Source of the DNA: Macrostomum lignano
Lineage: Eukaryota
Assembly (NCBI GenBank): GCA_002269645.1
Contig: NIVC01000952.1
Coordinates: 144,196-208,195, forward strand
Direction: 5' to 3'
DNA length: 64,000 bases
The notes beneath the pieces were generated by a model. That model made no database searches. It was not told the DNA's origin and saw nothing but the letters and a program-made list of their open reading frames with translations. Position 1 is the first letter of the stretch; each line of letters opens with the position of its first letter. Below, one piece after another: positions 23,401 through 32,994 of the stretch. Position numbers and translations under genes: made by a program.

Positions 23401-25417
23401 TGTGACAATATCACTTAAGTGCGTTAAGGGTGCACACAGCCCCTGCGTCTTACAAGCTCATACCATTGTAGACACTATCATTATGTGAAAGTTGTGACTA
23501 TTTTCGACAACGATAAGGATGTTTAGTGCATAGGAAATAGAGCACTAGTCAAACTGGCATTTCTACCTTGCGATTTCTGTTTGACGTTTCCAGTCAATCG
23601 GAGGCAAGATCAGTTTCAGCAGAATCTTCAAATTGTTTTGTTGAATTCCTGACGCCAGATTTGCAGATCCAGTTATAGCTCCGTTAAAGACTAGAAAAAT
23701 AAACAAGTCGATGTTTCGCAACCATTTTTCCCAGCTCCGGTTTTCGTCCGTTGAGAATCCGAAATCGTCCGGTGATTCGCACAGTCCCGATAGCAGCCTC
23801 TCCATTTCCTAAATTAAAAATCATTAAGTCATGTATTCAACCCAAAAGAGATTTAAAAGTTAGCGTATGATGTTTTCGTTAAACTCACCTCTTGCTTCAT
23901 TCGTTCTTGTTGAAAATCTTTGCGACGAAGTTTTGGGTCGTTAAGCCGCGCTTGAGCAGCCTTTAGAACAGTTTTCGGTGGCAGTCTCTTTAGCTCATCG
24001 AGCGCACTGTCCACGAGAAGGCGAAGCTGCAGTTTGTATTCATCGTCCATACTTCTGGATGGGGTCTTCGACGGGGTTGGCGAGGTCACCAGAGCATCAA
24101 GCTGCAGCAGGTGCTGCTGTGTTCCATCATGTTTCATCAGCCGGATGCCGGCCTCCTCTTGACAAGTTGACGTCGAGCTTTTTTCAACCGCGTACCTGTA
24201 CTCCAAACCGTCCTTCAGCAGTTTCTTGGGTAGCAAAAATGACGAGCGCCAGTAGCTTAGCCCAGTATTTTGATGGTTCTGGTCGATGAGGCACTCTTGC
24301 TTGAAAACGAACGGACTCTTTGCCGGGTTGTCATTTCCAAGTTCGTGCTTTTTGAATACTATCAATACTCTGTCAGTTCCGGGATCGAATTCAAAGGATC
24401 CATTATCCAGATAGCAGTTGAGAATAACCTCTAGTAGCGGCTCATTGGGATAATCTTTCTTAACGAGCTTCAAATAATCAGTCGGCCTGGGGTTTTTCTC
24501 TGGAACTTCATCTGGCTTTACTTCGTCAGTGTCTATCGCTTTGGTGCCCCGGTTGACCGGTCCCGAATCCTTGACACTCGGCAGCAGACTGGAGTGATTA
24601 TTGGCTTCTTCGCTACCTGGATCATAAATATTTGATGCTTTTTTACTACTATCAGCAGTAGGCATACTCGTCGCCTCCTTGGTTTGCTCAGCTGGTTTCG
24701 GCTGTGGTGCCCGCTTCTTCTTCCGGCTTGACTTACGTTGATTAGCTGGCTGATTAGTCGTCAAGTCCTGGGACATTCTGGGTTGCATTTCGATTTCAAA
24801 CTTGGTCGGCTGGCCGGGTTCAGGAGCATAGGGTAGCGATTTCTCCTGGGTGGAATTATCGATTCTGTCTGGCGGCGGCTTTTTTGTTAGGCTCGGGTTG
24901 ACCAGTGAGAATGACAAATTTGACACATCTATCGGCAAGTCTGCACCGGTCTTTGCCGTCGCTGGGGCTTCCTGTTGCGCTTCCGGTTTTGATTCAGTCT
25001 GTCCAACTTCTGTAGTCACGGTCGATTGAGGCGCACTAATATTTGTGGGTGTAGCATCTCTTGACTGAGTTCCAGTTGGGGCCGCCGCGGAGGTTACTGA
25101 ACTTGACTCGCCCCGATTTGGCAGCTGCAAGCAACTTCGAAAGTTCTTTGCTTTCCACATTCTGAGCAAAACTTGCTACCAAGGCTTTTTGCTGGTGTCT
25201 TGCAATTTTTGCATGTCTTTTGACACTTTTCGTTGGAATGATCGCACATTGCAGCATCACCGCAGATGCCGCACGAGTAGTCAAATGGGTCTTCAGTTGA
25301 ACATGCAGTGCATCTCGGATCACCTAGCGCGATTAACTCCTGGCAGCCGGCACTCAGGCACTTTTTGCGCAGCTTCTTGAACGGGTGCTCGCATCCGCCT
25401 CCGCTGTTGAAGCTCAT
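4894..25417 (-). CDS. RNF213: RNF213 (mysterin)-like giant AAA+ ATPase / E3 ubiquitin ligase; multi-exon, roughly 5,000 aa, with several apparent frameshifts
   Basis: RNF213-diagnostic motifs appear in colinear order: KFCSECG, CBM20-like FEFDPGTDRV...LEYRY, MGETGCGKT, FFDEVNT, VGKPGSSKSL, LDEVGLAEDSPKMPLKALHPLLE, ISNWALDPAKMNRG, FGSSFPKDQ, LYESLYDVLNQYY, VDLGLGTHR, RING-like, RZ finger, and a C-terminal CKHSA(A)IWMAVF ending at TGA 4894-4896. The likely ATG is at 25417. Confidence 0.95.
7095..7613 (-). CDS. RNF213: RNF213-like RZ finger, split over a 35-nt mini-exon (7579-7613) and the next exon (starts 7190)
   Basis: Spliced translation is CPNGHPYYIAN|CGQAMQLARCPDCGSAIGGQKHRLL, with canonical AG/GT boundaries at 7614, 7578 and 7191. 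Confidence 0.9.
8106..8485. repeat. ~42-bp intronic minisatellite within the RNF213-like gene
   Basis: Unit gtgtgctgtggggtggctgatcttcagtgtccggtgtatact and variants. It fills most of intron 8076-8541. Confidence 0.9.
9770..9913 (-). CDS. RNF213: RNF213-like divergent RING-type Cys/His domain
   Basis: The exon starting at 9923 translates TTRCYRCNGRLQSLLRLPCQEHLCRDCLVRRILSAAAKRDCCIDFKNRCSC, at the position of the RNF213 RING. Confidence 0.7.
11552..16390 (-). CDS. RNF213: RNF213-like dynein-like AAA+ core, single ~4.9-kb exon
   Basis: 1612-aa stop-free ORF with several Walker A/B motifs (SGMGKS, GETGCGKT, FFDE, GKPGSSKS, ILDE). Confidence 0.97.
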   Translation of the reverse strand: MLICSKDTSEEEINVFLHRAILSQSPDHLFVIMSADQLTYDLSVFAEQKLSLLLNSVDGRIQSYFFALFPLQSQKQYPFCNALSPFQKDLTTKPSQKKIINWVAQFMRREAGPAHSSFLWITSDRSGMGKSHQCNEIANFRPRHEAHVFSCSDSHLDVDKLYDFFAKADNKDRRPRTFHLDIAREVQTGFENVFTQLAMFGAITDSNGRIWRRRREDLYLLEHSRNYLFKTEFFVLRYLPSITCVSPSDALRQLEAGEMASDWQPLLSDSHLQTAVCKRPAVYLASLGNRNAAHCDLEAQIPSIEIVRLLLENCGIDNPSWLELNNFARFFNGQLVDFERSPFCEPLAEQDLPGFRRFVLSCLLLMSKDFSSRSLNIADESKAAQPNAENDRPLIENFEVRRRWEHTSHPYLLFNQDGTTFTFVGFTVSQQGHLLDSASNDVVQEDIMSPQLYQSLIAQRVRLQERFEDLSRQNKIERMRMVFGHSDTNFPDPDPSYELTMDNVKKMLAIYMRFRSEIPVVLMGETGCGKTKLVEFLARIMLPAQSDICNMRILKVHGAVTTADVVKAVHDAVELSRQNHAVTPYTILFFDEVNTTSAVGLIKEIMIDGRINGERISFAYGLRCIAACNPYRKHPESTIKRLENSGLGYRVRKEDTQDKFGNVPMRHLVYRVKPLPLSLISVLWDFGSLSDDSERKYITRMVESRLRTSPAQKTRLVELVAASQHFMRTTDDETKYVSLREVEKVIVVFQWLSNGLLAQLDARDDGDSDCNEETLIEIMALASCYLSRLPKENKNGYLELLSQVLNAGLSPHDIMQIITRCHQRLLNDISEHLPKSIAKNEALRENVFMMVLCITLRIPLFVVGKPGSSKSLGKSIVKSNMLGTNSQGEIFRQLPNTQMLSFQCSPWSTSEGIIKTFEQCSQLQKEKDLDKFVSVVILDEVGLAEDSPKMPLKALHPLLEEGYFTDSLQTAQNRKHSKVGFIGISNWALDPAKMNRGLYLLRDVPTHEDLLDTAKGICQSQVRRDRVRSHLEHVTTFYEEIYDHTQKEREFFGLRDYFSLVKHLASKSTLNLRTVAQCIKRNFSGFGDLDPVDFFAKEIVGREIDLGNYSAIRDALRSTGEEQRYLLLITENYSGLKILPRLLEDEDHDQQVSIIFGSSFPKDQDYSKICLDINRIKICMERGSTVVLLNMDALYESLYDVLNQYYEQCGDDRFVDLGLGTHRLKCKVNLNFRMIVVAEQTTVRERFPIPLINRLEKHKLTALAMLSNEQRLCATRLSKWTSKFISKTSLSPEKNPSGAFVGFHTDVISTLIIDFGVDELNIKNCLLAVATMDSLVRLDQTELKQYKEEYLEIYYNVFNLSSLLSFLESSVLIRNPAKSFFQVTTHDRLMTISECETLQRHINKEVKFENLSTFQSENEFSEYAKRFFTESDCSILILQFEGLRQNYQNLLACTKYLIEDHFKQALAASPDHCRNKRVVLLIKLVRSHVSPFTGFDSGRWQSVHIEEFIPSGRVNIRLLDGKSVATAVNASLEAQEKLCHYSSQEYAHLLGERINTPIDLKMLIDESIHQAMSLLKDGQVGNIDEQDCRLLDRQLILNDALKGTPKQFNRIF
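20896..22029 (+). mobile_element. Internally deleted Tc1/IS630-type DNA transposon in an RNF213-like intron
   Basis: ~170-bp near-perfect TIRs at 20896-21064 and 21860-22029 in TA context. The HTH-like N-terminus (IVQALERGETPSSIARWLNMKIRTVYSIRRRY, 21084-21425; STIARKL) joins a transposase-like C-terminus (GWDRQMMRFIPRCIAGDPIL*) with no DDE core. Confidence 0.85.
23105..23440 (+). mobile_element. Degenerate SINE-like insertion
   Basis: The head gggcgtagcctagtggtctag resembles an A-box, but no clear B-box is present. 23338-23386 is identical to 29363-29411. Confidence 0.4.
24180..24445 (-). CDS. RNF213: RNF213-like CBM20-like N-terminal domain
   Basis: LEVILNCYLDNGSFEFDPGTDRVLIVF...LLKDGLEYRYAVEK resembles the RNF213 segment FPFNPDLHKVFIRG...IPYKYVI. 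It follows a low-complexity linker containing a basic patch (SSRKKKR). Confidence 0.65.
25150..25417 (-). CDS. RNF213: RNF213-like N-terminal multi-zinc-ribbon region
   Basis: MSFNSGGGCEH...CLSAGC...RCTACS...SCGICG...TCKNCKTPAKSLGSKFCSECGK. The last ribbon matches the vertebrate RNF213 start (CPSCQH...KFCSQCG). Confidence 0.7.
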
Positions 25418-25564
25418 TTCCTGTCTGCAATCAAGTTCGAGAGGTCGGTGATGGCAGCGGTTGGCTTGGTGCACTAGATAAATATTTGAAGTAACTTTTA
25501 CTGCAAGTAGTAAAGCAGCGCTTCTTTGTAATAAAAATAAAAAATCCTAGCTAAGTTGCTTACA

Positions 25565-25824
25565 CCTGCCCTAATAGAAACGACAGCTCAGCCGAAGCTA
25601 TTGCGCGGCGCATATGAAGGCTGCGTACGGCTGTTCAGTCCATCGCCACACACGCCCTCATTTACCCCCCAGCTAATGCTGGCACCCATTTTACAGCTGG
25701 GTGAACTGAAGCAAAGCAGAGTTAAGTGTCTTGCTCAAGGACACATTGTTTCGAGTAGGTTGAGAATCGAACCCCCGACCTTTCAGTGGTAAGTCCGACG
25801 CCCTAACCACTAGGCTTCAACCCC
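25565..25824 (-). mobile_element. tRNA-derived SINE with CORE-like central domain
   Basis: Reverse-complement homolog of 42592-42860. It has A-box and B-box followed by tgtgtccttgagcaagacacttaactc...cagttcacccagctgtaaaatggg. Confidence 0.85.
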
Positions 25825-26440
25825 ATTTGAACTTTTAAATAATCACCTTCATATGTTGCGGACACGAGCCGCCTCAAGGGACACAGTTACATGCAAATAT
25901 CACATGCAAAGTCTAAGTTCGAGTTCAACTAAGAGAATCGCTAGCAACCCGGAGTTATAAAAAATTAAAAAATTGTCTAAATTACCTCACAGCTAAATTT
26001 TCTTGCTCCAGTGCGCATAATAGCTGCAATTTAAGCTCAGAACTGCGCTGAGCACAGTTCGTACACAATTAAAATGGCGAGAGTTTAAGCTTCAAGCTAA
26101 AGGCAAGAAATGAGCAGTGCTAACAAATTCCATTCTTCTGCTGAGAGCTGGAATTTTCCGTTGTGTTTTATAGTTTAGATATAAGTGCGCCTGCATCGCG
26201 CCAGATCCCTGCAGCTCGATGATAAAGCATTTTAACCTTTTCGCGCCGGAGCTAGAAATACAAAAGCTCCGTTCCTGCCGACATGATCAGCAGGGCTGGC
26301 CATAGACTATAGCTAGCTAGAATCTTAATGCGCCCCCCTGTGCAAAGCCTTTCTAGCCGAGAAGGTAGCATTTTATACTTGGCTTGGACAAATCTTGGGT
26401 CGAAAAAAGCAGTTTCAAAGTGCATTTCACTTAATGGTAG

Positions 26441-26552
26441 ATTTATCTCTAGGTTTCGAGTGCGTAAATAGTCTATGGCACGAGTGCGCTAACGCATTCT
26501 AACGCGCACTCGTGGCAAGACTATTTACGCACGAAGGAACCTAGTGATAGAT
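26441..26552. repeat. ~110-bp imperfect palindrome (small fold-back element)
   Basis: ctaggtttcgagtgcgtaaatagtctatggcacgagtgcgc pairs with gcgcactcgtggcaagactatttacgcacgaaggaacctag. Confidence 0.75.
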
Positions 26553-26648
26553 TCATTGATTTATGAGCAAAGCATTCTTCTGGTTTTAGCCATAGACATA
26601 GATAGATAACGCGACTGTGCAGTAAATCCCAAGCCGTGCAGTAAATAG

Positions 26649-27074
26649 TATAGTATTTGTCATGCTATCTCAGCCTAGAGACATCCAAACTCAGCCAGCC
26701 CATCTCGACAGTGCGATTTTTTACGTAAGCCAGTCAAGTTTTACCATAGACATGCTTCTTGGGGCCATGCTATCTCAGCCTGGGACATGCAATCTCAGCC
26801 ACTTTTCAGATGCTATGTCAAGCTGTCCGTGGCTTAGTCTGTGATCGAAGCAAATGAAACAGAATGAGAGCAACAAGCGACGAAGACGAAGCGAGAAGTG
26901 TTTGCAATTGAAATCTATATTGGCTGAGATTGCATGTCCCAGGCCGAGATAGCATGGCCCCAAGAAGCATGTCCATGGTAAAAGTCGACTAGCTCGAGCC
27001 AAAAAAACGCATTGCGGAATGGGACTGGCTGAGTTTGGATGTCTCTAGGCTGAGATAGCATGACAAATACTATA
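26649..27074. mobile_element. MITE with ~153-bp TIRs
   Basis: Arms 26649-26801 and 26921-27074 are reverse complements with a few mismatches. The ends are TA, each arm has three (t/a)atctcagcc sub-repeats, and the spacer is ~120 bp of non-coding sequence. Confidence 0.85.
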
Positions 27075-28639
27075 TGTAGTGTAAATGTTGATAAATTGAA
27101 AGTGAATTTTTTGCGGATTGTAAGTGAATTTTAAGTGAATTGTAAATAGATTGTCAGTGAATTTTAAGTGGATTGTAAATGGATCGTAAGCAAAATTTAT
27201 AATTAGTCGCCAATGCAGAACTTACATGCTCTGTTTCGAGCGTTTTTTGATGCCTTTTGAATAAAGTTGATGCCCGTTTTTATGGCTTCTTCAAGCTTGG
27301 AAAAGCAATTGAAAGGTAAATATGAAGCTTTTTAACCCTGCATGAGAGCCCCCAATAGGTACCAAATGCGTGGTTTCTATGTATTGCGCGAATGGATGTA
27401 CATACGGCATACATCCGACAATAAATGTACTTAAGCTTCGTTTTCCAATGTAAATTCATGCTCGTTAAACAGGGCCAGTCTTCAAGAAGAATGCTGTGAA
27501 CAGCATTTTCAAGAACAAATTTAAGAGCGCAGCTTGATTTGTGCCTCATCACTGTAATGTAATGTACCCGCGGAGGGGGGGGGGTGGCGCGCAAAGCCAC
27601 GACGTGAAGGCATGCGGCTAAAGCGACTACCTTTCTTTAGGCGAGAGCCAAATTACTAACTCCAGTGGCAATTAACTATACGTGAATTTAGGCCCAACCT
27701 AGGTGCAAAACCGTAGCTAGAGGATTCGAGTATAGCTTATTAAGAAATTGCTAAAGTCTCCAATCTCAACGTAAAACATCACGTTTCTGTTTTATGATCC
27801 AGGTGAGTGTATACTCTGACCTTAACAGCTTATGCGGCCAGTATCAGGCTCCGGAATCTGGCTCCCTGGATCTTAGCCGGGGAGCTTCTCAGTTGCTAGT
27901 GGACGGGCCAGTAAGGGCTTAAGCCAACCCCAGGTCGCTATTCTGTTGGCTGGCTGTTAGGTTTGGAGTTGTGGCCTAGCAGCCTCTCACCTTAGTCCCC
28001 ATTTGCCTTTCAGCGACTCATGGAGTATTCTATTGCCTCCAACGCGTCCCTTAATGCTGCTGGAATGCCAACCGAGGTTGGTACCGCGGCTCATCAGACG
28101 ATTGTTGCACTGAAACTTCGGTGCCCTTCACTTCGACAACCCTGCCGCCACTCAGGAATAACACCAAAGCACCTGAAAAAACAGGGCGGGCCCAACATAT
28201 CTAAGTAGAATCGTTGGGTGCCAACAAAGCTTCTGGTGCGGCTAGCTCCTCCCGTGGCGGGACTGTGGGACCTCTGCTCGTGAACAAACTCCCACGACTG
28301 TAGAGGAATCCAAAGCAGGGCGTACTGGCCAATCCACAAAGTCGAAGCGCACCTATACGGCTATGGCCAGAGGCAACCGGCCCGGATTATTCAAGGCCAG
28401 AAGACGCCCCTTTCGACCAAACAGTCCGACCGACCAAGGTTGGGCTCCCACCTCGTCAAGCGGCACCGTGCTCCAAGTCGTGAAGATGAGCATCAAAGAG
28501 CAAGCTTGGCAGCGGCTCCTCGAGATGCAGCTGAAAGCCTTCGACTGAGAGAGGACGAGCGACGCCGGCCACACCGACAGGGTCCCTCGGGCTCCATCAC
28601 TAACGCCGACGTACTGCGTTAGTAATCAATCCCGACCTG

Positions 28640-29362
28640 TCGTCAAATCTTTTTGTCAGAGGGGAGGCAATGAAGACCACCCGCCGTCTGCTTGACGCGG
28701 GTGTCCCCACCCAGAAGCAGTTTGTTTTCAGAAAGCAGAACCTCCAGCCTGCGAGACCTGGAAGCAGCGGGAGGCCTGATGACCCTCTCGGATGGAATCC
28801 CGTCCACGCTCTGCCCTCCGCTCAAATTCAAAACCAGCATTCCACCATGTCAGGAAGGAAGGGACAACTAGAAAGCCCCGTGGAATCCACTGCTTCACTG
28901 ACGAGTCCCAAATCAATTCCGCTTCTGGCTACGGCTACTGCATCGTGTCTGGAAGGGGAACCGAGGTAAACTTCTCCCTGCTTCACCGTTTTCCAAACGA
29001 AGTTCTCGCCAACAGCTGCTGCGCCATGGATCTGTACAATCAGCGTGCTGGGGGGAAGATTACCCTCCACTCGGACAGTCAAACGGTGATCCACGCCGTT
29101 AAGCGCACCACCACCTGCTCGCGTACAATCATCGAGGCGCCTTCAACAAGGTGTCTCTAAGATTGATCCCCGGGCGCTCGGGCCACCCCGGCAACGAGTT
29201 GGCCGATCGCCTGCCAAGGCTGGCTCGACCGGGTCCTTTATTGGTCCCTTGTCTGTGGCCTCACCCCCATCGCCCTTGTCACCACTCGGATCAACCAGTG
29301 GGAGGCATCTAAGCACAGGAAGAGGTGGGCCCCGACTGCCGGCAATCCCCTGTCCTTTTCCC
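28640..29362 (+). mobile_element. Degenerate non-LTR retrotransposon fragment (RT thumb end and RNase H), same group as 595-1963
   Basis: LFVRGEAMKTTRRL aligns with [14 protein letters not shown] of the first element. GIHCFTDES, LHSDSQ, GHPGNELADR and TRINQWE...CRQS are spread across frameshifts. Confidence 0.75.
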
Positions 29363-30566
29363 TCCACGCGCTTGTGTGCCTGCTCAGGGGAGTCGGCGGA
29401 ATGGGCAGTAATGCCTCGCGCCAGTTGTGTGACAATGTCGCCTAAAGTGCGCCATCAGATAAAAAGTAAGTTTTAATCGCTTTTATCAAGCAAGTGCATC
29501 TTTAAAAAATGAACCATGAAGTTTGAAAAAAAACTGGTAACTAAAGGACTCCAGAACTAAAAATTCGTTCTGAATCTTCTACGTACTTACAAGTATATCG
29601 GCTAGTAGTACCATTGTATTTATTATTTCTTTTTTGGCAGAAGAGGGAAAAGTAGAGAGAAGATTCGCAAGTACGAGCTAACTGAAATTTAGCTCGTATT
29701 TTAAAAAACGCTTTTGCACAGAGACAAATTAAAGTGTCACAGAAGGTGCTTATCACTCGTTCGTTAAAACTTGAAGAATCATAGAGGCCTTATTGAGACC
29801 CAACGTTTTTTTAATTAAGCTTCAAATTAATTTTTTCGTCATTTGAATCTTTTGAGTATACTCATACGAGTAATTCTTAACACAGCACACATGAAAAGAG
29901 GAAAATAAGGCTATCACAAAGTCCTAAAAATTTTCTTGGATAATTTTTTATAATTCATTGAGTTCCATAGATTCATTGCAAACGCTAATAAAATTAACTG
30001 TCTAAGTGCTGGCTCTAAAACTACTCTTGTAAAAACACACGCGACGAAATATTGAAGTATTTGTTATAGTACACATCGATAAAAAGATGAAAAGGCTCGA
30101 ATTTTTAAAAGGCACAGAAAAAATGCGCAGGATAGAGACAGGTTACACTCACGACAATGTAGCAAGATCTGCATTTTTGCTCAGAACACTTGAGCAGCCT
30201 CTTGACTAGACCAAATGTCAATCGTAGTGAATCGATTTTGGTGAACATATCAGTAATAATTTTGGCAAAAGTTCGATCTGACAACAAAATTATGGTGCCT
30301 CAATATAAGTACAATTTTACAATTAAAGTTTAACCATAGATTCATCCATGGACTGAAACAGTTCGTATCAATTTCGGTGTCTTAAACATCCTGCACAAAG
30401 TCGCAGGCGGTGATCGCAAGGCGATCAGAATTTAACAGTCAAGTATTTTGTTAATTACATTGCTGTGTGGACTTAAATTTTATGCTTAGACTTAAACCTG
30501 TAACTTCATCTTAAAAACAATCATTCGATGATAAAAATCTTGTCAAACATCGCTTCGGTAAAACTG

Positions 30567-32701
30567 TCAGAACTTAATACGATTCAGTACGTTGTGCTTT
30601 CCTTTGTCCCACACCTGGGTATGATATTGGATGACGTAGCTGGTCTTGAACGAATTGCGGCAGCGAGCCAGCGACTCTTCGCTGAAGTCGCCGAACAGGC
30701 GACAGCTCGGCGCGTTGTGACGAATCCAACTGTAGGGGTTGAACAGGTGAGGCGGGTAGATGGTCAGGTACGGCAGGCCGTCGAATGTGGTCTTGTCCAG
30801 GCCGCGTTTTCTGGCGCTGTGGATCCCGCGCATGATCAGGTAGGGGCCTGCAGTTCCGGGAGAGTTGAGTTATTGGTCGTCCTTGTAAATGGAATTTTTT
30901 CCTGGTAACACCCAATGGCATCTTATACTGTCTAACTATACTCCACCTCGTGTCTAACAGTCATTCGATCGATTGTGTAACACCTTGCTCCACCTCGTGT
31001 CTAACAGTTATTCGATCGATTGTGTAACACTTTGCTCCACCTCGTGTCTAACAGTCATTCGATCGATTGTGTAACACCTTGCTCCACCTCGTGTCTAACA
31101 GTCATTCGATCGATTGTGTAACACTTTGCTCCACCTCGTGTCTAACAGTCATTCGATCGATTGTGTAACAACTTGCTCCACCTCGTGTCTAACAGTCATT
31201 CGATCGATTGTGTAACAACTTGCTCTTACTTTTTGTGTAACAGTTAGTTGTCTGTGTAACACACGGAGTTTTCCTATACATTCCTAAGTCTCCAGCAAGA
31301 GCTTGTCAACCTCAATTTTCAGCCAGAACAATTTTTCCTATTTTCTTCCCGCGAAGTGGATTATTAGGTCTGGGGGCGAAATGGCCTCCTACGCACAGAC
31401 TTCACGATCGGGGCAAGTATGCTAGGAGCAGGAGAGTGCTACACCAGATGCCAGCTCAATCTCCTGCATTGATCTGCTGCTCACAACCCAATCTGAAAGG
31501 CGCACCAAGAGGAGCTTGTCTGATTAAGCCAAGGCGGAACATGCTATTGCAATTTGGCTCAACAAACACACGCCAAGGTTCCTCCCCTTTAGGGAAGATA
31601 TAGTACCATTTCTGAGCGAAAAGCGTCTACCATTAGATCTCTCCTCACGTACCTCCTCATGGTTGTTTTTAGTCACAGGGATGGCAACACTTTGATTTCA
31701 AGTGTTTTTTGTCAAGGCCAGCAATAGGTTGGCAAAAATATAAAGCCCCTGGTGCTGGCGCCCCTGGTGCTGGCGCCCGTGGTGCTGGCGCCCCTGGTGC
31801 TGGCGCCCCTGGTGCTGGCGCCCGTGGTGCTGGCGCCCCTGGTGCTGGCGCCCCTGGTGCTAAAGCCCCTGGTGCTAAAGCCCCTGGTGGTGGTGCTGGC
31901 GCTATACAATTCCTCCAGCCGATTCTTAAATCTCATAAACAGTGAATGCCTGAAGGCCTCACCGGAGGTCATGATCGGCAGGCCCTCAGTCGTGGTGTTC
32001 AACACCCGGATGAGCTCCCAGAAGAAGGGATGCTTCGGCCGGCTGTACATAAACGAATTCTCAATTTGGCCTTCGTCAACGTAGGACGAGTCGCTGCTGC
32101 TGTAAATCATCTTGCCGTCCATGGCGCCGAAGGCCAAGCTAGTGTTAGCCAACATGTGCTCGAAGTTTGCCAGGCACTCGCAGTCCAGGTCGCAGTACAG
32201 TCCGCCGTAGTGGTACATGTAGAACAGCCGGCTAACGTCGGCTTTCTGCACGCCGACGCCGTAGGAGTCGAATCGGGCCAGAAACCAGGGATAGTGCTCG
32301 GCGATGAGCCGCCTGTTGTCCTCGTCAGTCCACAGGGCGTAGCGATAAGTCGGGAAGCAGCGACCGAAGCTGCCGGCCCAACGAGCAAACAACGGCGGCA
32401 GAGTCGCGTTGACCCAGGACTGGTGCACCAATCTGATCACCGGCTGGTCTCTGGAGCCGACTGAAGCGGCAATCGATGGGTCGTCTAGCAAAGGAAACTG
32501 CCGACCGCCTCGATGTCGGTCGACAGTGCTTGCCTTCTTCGAGGAAGTCGGTGTAGCATTTAGGCCACGCTGGATGCCTCTAGCGGGCTTTCTGTGACCG
32601 CGCCCGTCAGAGGGAAGCAGGTGCCAGACCAGCCCGAGGCACAATAGGATGCCGAGCAGAAACAGGCCAAGCCGACGGAAGTTGGGGAAGATATAGTTCA
32701 T
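30567..32701 (-). CDS. GT32 (DXD, Gly_transf_sug) glycosyltransferase resembling MIPC synthase/OCH1; type II membrane protein of ~339 aa; exons 31963-32701 and 30567-30847
   Basis: N-terminal TM segment (LGLFLLGILLCLGLVWHLL), VHQSW, LWTDEDNRRLIAEHYPWFLARFDSY, KADVSRLFYMYHYGGLYCDLD, NSFMYSRPKHPFF. The phase-1 splice G|gtgagg to ctgcag|gc gives IMTSGPYLI. Confidence 0.88.
30941..31225. repeat. 47-bp minisatellite, 6 copies, in the GT32 intron
   Basis: Unit ctccacctcgtgtctaacagtcattcgatcgattgtgtaacaccttg, starting at 30941, 30988 and onward. Confidence 0.95.
31745..31902. repeat. 15-bp GC-rich tandem repeat in the GT32 intron
   Basis: Unit gcccctggtgctggc, ~10 copies, starting 60 nt into the intron from the donor at 31962. 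Confidence 0.9.
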
Positions 32702-32994
32702 TGCGGCACCCTGCTGTTTGGCAACTGGGAATTCCTGAGTTCCTGCGGGTTGATTAAAGACTGATCTGCAGTAGTCCAACGGACGCAACCAGCGTATAGG
32801 GTGTGTGTAACTCGTACCTTTTGCAACGGCTTCGAGGGTTGGCGCACGTCTATTTATTGATTTCTGTACTAACCTCAGCCAACTTTGCTTAACTGTTCAA
32901 TCACCGAATGGGAACTCAAACAGTGTTTATCTTTGTCTTCCTGGAAAGAGCTCTTTGTTCGACTCCTCAGGGCACCGCGTTTTCACTTTATGAG

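Noticed and set aside
27332-27600. TTAA-CCC piggyBac-like end and the 27280-27600 ORF
   Set aside because: I found no matching second terminus and no transposase motif.
30941-31225. CRISPR-like appearance of regular arrays (here and at 35748, 49587, 57531)
   Set aside because: The units are head-to-tail with no unique spacers, there are no cas genes, and the context is eukaryotic.
31709-31945. Collagen-like GAPGA ORF and the STRGA tail of the GT32 ORF
   Set aside because: Both derive from a 15-bp intronic repeat. The real gene splices out at 31962.
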